From Poseidonia sp. (GTDB lineage: Archaea; Thermoplasmatota; Poseidoniia; Poseidoniales; Poseidoniaceae), in assembly GCA_038124565.1 (NCBI GenBank), contig JAYPCE010000003.1, positions 5,910-69,909 on the forward strand: DNA of 64,000 bases, read 5' to 3'. Position 1 is the stretch's first letter; every line of letters begins with the position of its first letter. Of the stretch, positions 57,420 through 64,000 are shown piece after piece. Made by a program: the position numbers and the translations under genes. The notes below the pieces were generated by a model. That model did not search any database and was not told the origin of the DNA. It saw only the letters and a program-made list of their open reading frames with translations.

Positions 57420-60400
57420 TCACCCTTGCGCTTCTTGGTGATGCTTCGCCAAGGCTTCGCGGTGTTCGGCGACATAGGTTGCCCATTGGTCTTCAGTCCA
57501 GCCTTCGGGCACAGGTCCACCCAACCATTCCTCATAGGCAACCAAGGTCCATCCTTCTGGTACAAATGAGGGGAGATCGGCGGGAAGTGGCGAATCAAAC
57601 GATGTGCCAGCGCTGTCTTGTTCAAACAGGTCTTCAAGCGAAGCGAGTTCCAATGCATCGCTCGCACCCCACGCCGTCTCTTCTGAGGCTGTCTTTCTCA
57701 AACGCAGCACGACGGCACTCAAGGTGACGATTAGGAAGGCTGCTACAGCACTCACTTTCAGAATGGCAGATTGGGTGTTTGTGTTCTGTACCGGCGTTTG
57801 GTCGTTCAGAGTGTTGTCGACACAGGTCGTGCAAGCGAGGGCAGGGCCCACCATCATCTCGTCTTCGTATGCGAAGCTTTGCTGGAGGTCATCCACGCAG
57901 TTGATGGTGTAATTCAGCGTGGTGTTCGCTAGTGACCGCGGAATTGGATACTGCCAGGAGAGTTCATTGACAAACACACCTTCGGGGCCAGCCATCATCG
58001 TCGATTGGCTGAGCATGTCACCATCTTCGTTGTAAAGCGCGTAGGCACAAATCACTCGGTCCAATCCATCAAGGTCTGATAGGGTCACGTTGGTGAACAG
58101 GTCTTCTTCGGGGAGGGGCGTTGATACTTCGATGGAAACAAACTCGGTGGGTGCGTGCTGGAACATGAGGTCCAGCGAGGCAGATTTCACAAGTCCATCA
58201 ATGTCCGATACAGAAAAAACTGCCTTTCCCGGGCCGTCAAGCATTGAATTGTCCAGTTTCAGCCGATAGGTTCTCCACACCACATCATCGGATGTGCCTG
58301 CACTCCAATTGCAGGCTTCAGGAGGTTGTCCCTCCGGCCACAACAACATGTCGGTTGAAGGAGCATTGATCGCCCAGCCCTGCTGTGTCAGTTGAGAACT
58401 CTCACCCTCCAACGGTCGGTCGCTGGCCACTCCAACCATGAGGATGGCTATTTGGCCGAAGGTCATGGTGTCAACCGCCCCTTCGGCATCGCAGGCTTCT
58501 ATGAAGAGAATTTCTGGGGGGGTTAACAAAAACGGGACGTTGAGTTGAGCGATGGTTGCCCCACCATGCTTACCGATACCCGACGCTTCAATGAACAACT
58601 CTCCGGCTTCCAACGGCACATTCAGTTGGTCGAGCCTGACCAATGTGCTGTTTTGACCTGCTTGAATGTCGAGCGGGACTTGAAGTGTTTCACCGCCCGG
58701 CCACTGCACCATGACATCTCCAACGAACGATGTGCCTGGGTCATCCACATCCACCACATCAATTCGCAACACTTCCTCGCCATTTCCGACCACCCTATCC
58801 AAAACGGTTCCTAAAGACGATTCCACTTGTATGTGCAATTGTGGCGGCATGTCGGCCACTCGGATGGTCCTCTGAAGAAGCAAGGAGCCCGTGGAGGAGC
58901 GCAATTCGAACACCGCATCTTGCAGTGAACCCCCAACCTCTAAGGAAAACGGAGCGGTGTAACAGTAGAGGTGCGTTGCAGATTGGGAAACATAGGTTAC
59001 ATTCCCGACAGTTCCACGTGAGGCGAGGAAAAAGGGCGTTTCTTCTTCGACGCGATAGTCAACATCCAAGACGCAAGCCGTGAGTTGAGATTCTTGGTGC
59101 CGGTACAATCCGGTGGCGGGGCGGTTCGGGAGGTTGGAGGCGTTGTTCCATCCAGCATCGTCCACGCCTTTGACATGCGGTCCAAACCACGTCGGTGGGG
59201 AATCCACCACCCTCGTCACGTTGGGGTACATGATGCGTTGACTCATGTTGCTGGCGTCGCGAACGGTGGCACGTAGCGTAATCCAGCCCAAGGAGGCGTT
59301 TGAAGGAACAACGAGACTCGCTTCCCAAGTTTCGGTGTTGATTTGACCGAGGGTGATGAGCGACCAGTTGTCGGGGGACAAACTTTGGTTTTCGGAAACA
59401 ATCTGCCATTCCAGCGAGGCGCTCGTGACATTGACATCATCGGTGGCCTTCACTGAGCAGATGGTGTAGGCACCTCTGGTGATGGCAGAAGCGCTGCAGT
59501 AGACTTCGTCAATGCTTGGGGGAGCGTTGACAACAACGCTGAACGGGAACAAGTTGTTGGCAAAGTTCCGTTCAGGCGTGCTGTTGTCGTAGCGGATGCG
59601 CAAATCCAGATACCCGTCCGAAGTTGGAACGACGGACATATTCACCAAGGTTCGGCTGCCGGCCTGGTCACCTGCAGGAAGAACGAGGTTGGTTTGGTTA
59701 AGGACGGAGTTGCCAAGTACAGTCTGCACCAACAAGGTGCCGTTGGATTGTGACATCCCGGTGTTTTCAACGAGGATTTGGATGGTCGCAGGTTCTCCAA
59801 GGTTCATGTTGCCGAGAACCCGCACATCAACGATGTTGATGTCATGGAACATGTCGGCGTAGGGGGCCATCTTTGGGTCACCGACCACCACACCCATCCA
59901 CCCCGAGATTCGGTTGGCCGCAGCGTGACTTTCTGCCAAATTGTATCCAGATGCATAGATTGGAAGATACATGCTGGGCAGCCCCACAGCTGTGAGGTAG
60001 GGTTCGTACACGTAGCCCTTCACGCCTGAAACGCCGTCTTCAAGCAGGTCGGCCACCAAGGATTGGCCGTAACTGGTCCCCCAATTGAACGAACGCCCTC
60101 CTGTTGAGACGGCGGTATCGGCAATGGAGCCGTTGACCCAATCCATGTGAGGGCGAATGGCCCGAATCAACACCGTGTCGATGTAGAATGCACCGGATGT
60201 TGATGTTGAAGCGATATCCAAAGGCACCCGGACCTTGAATTGTGTGGCCTGAGCGTCGGGGCGGAAGCGAAGGAATTGAGACGCCCAAGTGGTGGTGAAC
60301 GTTCGGTCGTTTGAGGTATTGGTCGATAGCACCGTACCGTTGCTGTCCAAGGCCGTAACCTCCAGGGCAAACGCACCATCCACTTCGCCCACACGCTTGC

Positions 60401-62714
60401 CGTACACATAGGCCATCCATGCATGGCCGGTCAAGTCAGCAGGAAGGGTGAAGGTCGTCTCAAGATGGGCGACATCAAGGCCTGAGCCAGAGTATGACGT
60501 GCAATTGTCGATGATGGTGCGTCGCAGCGAAGTAATATCTTGGTCGTCAAGGGCTGCATTCCATACCAAGACTTCATCGATCATGCCTTCAAAATACGCA
60601 CTACCCGCCCGGTTTACGCCCAATTTGTAGAGGTCGATGTTGTTGAATGAACCGTTGGGATAGGTGTTGGTGCCCACCAAAACACCGTCCATGTATTGGC
60701 GAATGTCTCCGTCGTCAAAAACCGACACCAGGTGCGTCCATCGTTGAGGAATCACATTGCCAAAGGGTTGGGTTTGGTTATTGTGCAGGCGCCATTGTCC
60801 GCTGGACACCATGTGTTGGAACGAGAGGTTTGAGCCCGCTTGGTCATCAATGGCGAAGGTCGCGGCGTAGGTGGTTTGGTTGGAGGTATTGGCCCATACC
60901 CATTGACTCACGGTGAGGTTTCCTGCCCAGTCGTTGACGTCGACCTTGGCTTGGTCGTTCACTCCGTCAAACCACAAACACGAACCGTCAACGCAGTTGT
61001 ACCAATTGCTGGCGTTCATGCCGTAGAGGGTGAGGTTGGCACTTCCGTTGACACTGTCGTTAGCTTTGCTTCCAGCACCGTCTTCAAAGGCCCAGTGATG
61101 AATCAAACGGCTTGATTGTGGTACAAGGTCGCTTGATACATAGAAGGCCGAAGCAGGGACCGCTGCTTTGCTGGTGTTCGGGCCCTGCCACGAGAAGATA
61201 AGACCGTGCGGGCCACCACCTTGGAAAAACTCAATCCGGAAATCATGAAGCCCCGAACTCAAATTGACGAAACCTGAACGCTCAGTCATACCATGGGAGC
61301 CGTGATTTTGAACCAAACTTGCTCCATCAAGCCACAGTTCAGAACCGTCATCTGAATTGATGAAAAATGTCCAATTGCCCGAGTAAGGGATGTCGATTAA
61401 TCCACTGAATCTAGCGCCCCAATCTTGCTTGAAGCGGTTGTCCAAGCCTGTGTAAGCGTTGTTGGATGCACCGTGATTGAGGTTTGGCTCAATCTGGACA
61501 CGGTCAGGAATGCGGTCAATGAGCGTGGGCATAGGCGACGTGGTGATGCTGAGGCCTGCGTTGTCAAAATACTCACCATAGATGCCTTGCATCATATCGC
61601 CGGCGTCTTGCTCACAAGCAGTCAAAACACTCGCTTCAAACGCCCCGTTTCCACCTTGTTTTTCTGTCGTCTGATAGGTCCACGCAAAGTCGTCCTCCGG
61701 CGCAACAATTGGGCCGCTGTGCGTCCAATATCTCGACCCACTCTGCCATGTTGCATCCAAGGTGTCAAACCCGCTATTGGGCAGGGAATTGGCATACCAA
61801 TTTCCGTCGTTGCTGCCCCATGAAGCGTACCCCATCACATTGGAGACATTGGTGAGGAACGGCGTATCTTCGTCAAACAACACGGGCAACCCCATGCTGC
61901 CGTTGAGGGTGGTGTTAGCGGTGTACAAGTTATCATTCCAGAACTTGTAGCCCGAGCCGTTTCGATTGGTGGCGAGGTCGAGTACAAAGGTCCCACGTTG
62001 ACCGAGACTTTGGTTGGCGCGTTCAATCAATTCAAGGGCTGTGTCAACGGTGTAACCTGTCAATCGGGTGACCAAAAAGAATCCGTATTTGTTGCGCGTA
62101 AAGGATTCCATCGGCTTGCCAGCCAAGGGACCGTAGTCATGATTAAACCAGTAATTGGCGCCGATTGAACTGTTGTAAGAGCCACCCAGCAACGCCAATT
62201 CTTGGTCAAAACTAGCTTTGTCGTTTCCTCCAGAGACCCGAAGTGGAATGCCTTTGGTTGTGACGAGGTAGTTCAACTGGTTGGAGGATGACCTGTTTTG
62301 CAACATTTCAAGGAAGGGGAGAGCGAAGTAGGTGTTGAATTGATTCCTGTTGATGGTTTCTGCGGTTGGTGTTCCGCTTTCGTTGAACAGGAATACCCTG
62401 TCCAGCGAGATGTTCCGAGCGGCTACAAAGGCCCATCCAATGGTTCGGCTCTCAGCAGAGAGGTTGTTGATCAAGACCCCTACATCTGAATAATCGATGA
62501 GGCTATCGTAGGAGAAACCGTCCGGAACGGCCACGGTTGGCCAAGGTGTTTGGTTCCAAACATCTTCAGAACCACCAACCAGAAAACCCTCAAACATTCG
62601 GTGTTCAAGGAGTTCAACCCACTCTTCTTGGCTTGGTTGGTCCGAGAAGGTCATGGGGACGATTGAAAGCAACAGGAGGACCACGAAAGCGACACTGCTC
62701 CGCTTCGTGGACAT
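57420..62714 (-). CDS. Large surface protein: TIGR03790-like domain with nested PA14 and LamG domains, Ig-like stalk, TM anchor
   Basis: YLVTTKGIPLR, VTRLTG, WGSND, GYVYEPYL and VVGDP (TIGR03790-like); SDDGSELWLDG/EFFQGGG (PA14); HWAFEDG/FEGMIDEV (LamG); C-terminal TM. Confidence 0.82.
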   Translation of the reverse strand: MSTKRSSVAFVVLLLLSIVPMTFSDQPSQEEWVELLEHRMFEGFLVGGSEDVWNQTPWPTVAVPDGFSYDSLIDYSDVGVLINNLSAESRTIGWAFVAARNISLDRVFLFNESGTPTAETINRNQFNTYFALPFLEMLQNRSSSNQLNYLVTTKGIPLRVSGGNDKASFDQELALLGGSYNSSIGANYWFNHDYGPLAGKPMESFTRNKYGFFLVTRLTGYTVDTALELIERANQSLGQRGTFVLDLATNRNGSGYKFWNDNLYTANTTLNGSMGLPVLFDEDTPFLTNVSNVMGYASWGSNDGNWYANSLPNSGFDTLDATWQSGSRYWTHSGPIVAPEDDFAWTYQTTEKQGGNGAFEASVLTACEQDAGDMMQGIYGEYFDNAGLSITTSPMPTLIDRIPDRVQIEPNLNHGASNNAYTGLDNRFKQDWGARFSGLIDIPYSGNWTFFINSDDGSELWLDGASLVQNHGSHGMTERSGFVNLSSGLHDFRIEFFQGGGPHGLIFSWQGPNTSKAAVPASAFYVSSDLVPQSSRLIHHWAFEDGAGSKANDSVNGSANLTLYGMNASNWYNCVDGSCLWFDGVNDQAKVDVNDWAGNLTVSQWVWANTSNQTTYAATFAIDDQAGSNLSFQHMVSSGQWRLHNNQTQPFGNVIPQRWTHLVSVFDDGDIRQYMDGVLVGTNTYPNGSFNNIDLYKLGVNRAGSAYFEGMIDEVLVWNAALDDQDITSLRRTIIDNCTSYSGSGLDVAHLETTFTLPADLTGHAWMAYVYGKRVGEVDGAFALEVTALDSNGTVLSTNTSNDRTFTTTWASQFLRFRPDAQATQFKVRVPLDIASTSTSGAFYIDTVLIRAIRPHMDWVNGSIADTAVSTGGRSFNWGTSYGQSLVADLLEDGVSGVKGYVYEPYLTAVGLPSMYLPIYASGYNLAESHAAANRISGWMGVVVGDPKMAPYADMFHDINIVDVRVLGNMNLGEPATIQILVENTGMSQSNGTLLVQTVLGNSVLNQTNLVLPAGDQAGSRTLVNMSVVPTSDGYLDLRIRYDNSTPERNFANNLFPFSVVVNAPPSIDEVYCSASAITRGAYTICSVKATDDVNVTSASLEWQIVSENQSLSPDNWSLITLGQINTETWEASLVVPSNASLGWITLRATVRDASNMSQRIMYPNVTRVVDSPPTWFGPHVKGVDDAGWNNASNLPNRPATGLYRHQESQLTACVLDVDYRVEEETPFFLASRGTVGNVTYVSQSATHLYCYTAPFSLEVGGSLQDAVFELRSSTGSLLLQRTIRVADMPPQLHIQVESSLGTVLDRVVGNGEEVLRIDVVDVDDPGTSFVGDVMVQWPGGETLQVPLDIQAGQNSTLVRLDQLNVPLEAGELFIEASGIGKHGGATIAQLNVPFLLTPPEILFIEACDAEGAVDTMTFGQIAILMVGVASDRPLEGESSQLTQQGWAINAPSTDMLLWPEGQPPEACNWSAGTSDDVVWRTYRLKLDNSMLDGPGKAVFSVSDIDGLVKSASLDLMFQHAPTEFVSIEVSTPLPEEDLFTNVTLSDLDGLDRVICAYALYNEDGDMLSQSTMMAGPEGVFVNELSWQYPIPRSLANTTLNYTINCVDDLQQSFAYEDEMMVGPALACTTCVDNTLNDQTPVQNTNTQSAILKVSAVAAFLIVTLSAVVLRLRKTASEETAWGASDALELASLEDLFEQDSAGTSFDSPLPADLPSFVPEGWTLVAYEEWLGGPVPEGWTEDQWATYVAEHREALAKHHQEAQG

Positions 62715-62840
62715 GGTTCTTGCAAAGCTGGGGCCTCTTTAGCCGTATCGCTCTCAGGCCCGAATGAAAAATCCGATTGTTCCAAAAAAACATCCGAAAA
62801 TCGCTCGTTTCATCAAATCAGGGCGCAGATTACATGTAGG

Positions 62841-63500
62841 GTGGGCTCTCTTGGAGAAATGATGGCCGAACTCTACATGGCGAGGACATGCAGGCATGGC
62901 GTGCTTCGTGTCATGGGCGGAGAAGTCTGGGACCATTCTGGTGATGTGTTGGTGACACCGGCTAATAACCGCCTGTCTGGTCGAGAGGGCTTGGACGCCA
63001 TGATTCATCAAAAAGCGGGTAAGGAACTGACACAAGTCACCCGCAACATCTGTCTCGAGATGAGAAAAATCAACGCGCCACCTTGTGCGGTGACGCAAAA
63101 TGTCATCACTGAACCTTATGCGCTCGCTGACAAATTCACCCACATCATCCACGCTGTCGGACCTGATTGCAGGCGACCAAATCAAGATGAAGCACGTCGA
63201 GAATTGCTTGCCGAGACCTATCAAAACCTCTTTGCAACCATCGAAGAAATGGGTAACATCACCACCGTGGTTGCCCCGCCACTCTCCATGGGTGTGTTTG
63301 CTTACCCTCACCGTGAAGGTGCGCGACTCACCTTACAAGTTCTGCTTGAAATGTTGGACGGTGAGAAGGATTACGGCATTCGCAATTACACCATCGTCGT
63401 CAAAGAACGGAATTTCATTAGCAACATGCGAACCGTGTATCGAGAAGGCGAAGATCAGTTCCCGGGTGTTGATACCACCATGGAAGACTCAGTTCGCTAA
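62841..63500 (+). CDS. Macro domain (ADP-ribose-binding/hydrolase) protein
   Basis: DVLVTPANNRL, AMIHQKAG, IIHAVGP and PLSMGVFAYP. Confidence 0.88.
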   Translation: MGSLGEMMAELYMARTCRHGVLRVMGGEVWDHSGDVLVTPANNRLSGREGLDAMIHQKAGKELTQVTRNICLEMRKINAPPCAVTQNVITEPYALADKFTHIIHAVGPDCRRPNQDEARRELLAETYQNLFATIEEMGNITTVVAPPLSMGVFAYPHREGARLTLQVLLEMLDGEKDYGIRNYTIVVKERNFISNMRTVYREGEDQFPGVDTTMEDSVR

Positions 63501-64000
63501 TTTATCATCGATGGCGTCCACCCGGAGGCCCAAGCTGGTCACTTCTTCTGCGACTGAGCCAAGCCCGGCGCTTTCCAAATTGCGCTCAACGGACAACTTC
63601 ATTCGTCTAACTTCGTTCAATCGTTGCGTGCGGTCTTTTGGTCGATTCGCTTCACTTCGCATGCTCATAAGCCATTCTTCCAATAACGCAGCCCCCCATT
63701 CAGGCACACGCAACTCACTGGACAACAAAATGGACTGGCGGCGATGCTGAAAACGGGTCTTGCCTTCCGTTGTCCGCAAGCCTTGAATGGAACCAGGATT
63801 CCAATTTTCCAGAGGAATGTGGAGATGCTTTTGGATGTCAAGACGACCGCTCTGCGCAATGAGGAAATCGGCGATGAGCACGCTTGCAGAAAGCCGAAGA
63901 AAAACCTGCACAACATCGTCATGCGTGGCCCAGTCTGAGATACGTGCTGGGCGTTCACCCCACGTTTCTTCACACCACGCTTCAATGGCGGCGTGCTGAG
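63489..64000 (-). CDS. Hypothetical protein (3' part; frame open to the window edge)
   Basis: The reading frame of the 140-aa track ORF continues upstream without a stop (QHAAIEAWCEETWGERPAR...). Confidence 0.6.
   Translation of the reverse strand, partial: QHAAIEAWCEETWGERPARISDWATHDDVVQVFLRLSASVLIADFLIAQSGRLDIQKHLHIPLENWNPGSIQGLRTTEGKTRFQHRRQSILLSSELRVPEWGAALLEEWLMSMRSEANRPKDRTQRLNEVRRMKLSVERNLESAGLGSVAEEVTSLGLRVDAIDDKLAN

Overview
This is a gene-dense archaeal chromosome segment, most likely from Marine Group II Euryarchaeota (Ca. Poseidoniales). That assignment is inferred from PolD DP2, PriL, the rps13-rps4-rps11-rpo3 operon, MC1, pantoate kinase, MptE, and many Ca-binding TSP3-repeat surface proteins. 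Most of it is housekeeping: rpe, trxA, leuS, pyrE, ribD, Sec61-beta, XerA, tRNA-Ser(UGA) and an A1-type heme-copper oxidase operon. I found no CRISPR array, rRNA, IS element or provirus. Six observations stand out. (1) In the cytochrome oxidase operon most components carry extra extracytoplasmic modules: CoxI has an N-terminal Reeler-like CxCH domain, and SCO is split by two DUF4430/transcobalamin-like domains plus an EGF-like domain. (2) There is an archaeal homologue of the eukaryotic TPD/CDIN1 (C15orf41) nuclease. (3) A membrane-spanning wHTH regulator sits beside tandem WD40/TSP3 receptor-like proteins and a STAND ATPase lacking a sensor domain. (4) A chromatin/chromosome-maintenance cluster contains an HhH plus H1-like protein, a small basic Cys protein, XerA with a structured leader, and MC1. 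(5) A 13-bp inverted copy of the tRNA-Ser 3' end lies next to the recombinase gene. (6) LeuRS appears to be a bacterial/archaeal chimera. All family assignments come from reading motifs by eye; no searches were run, and several start codons are my best estimate.
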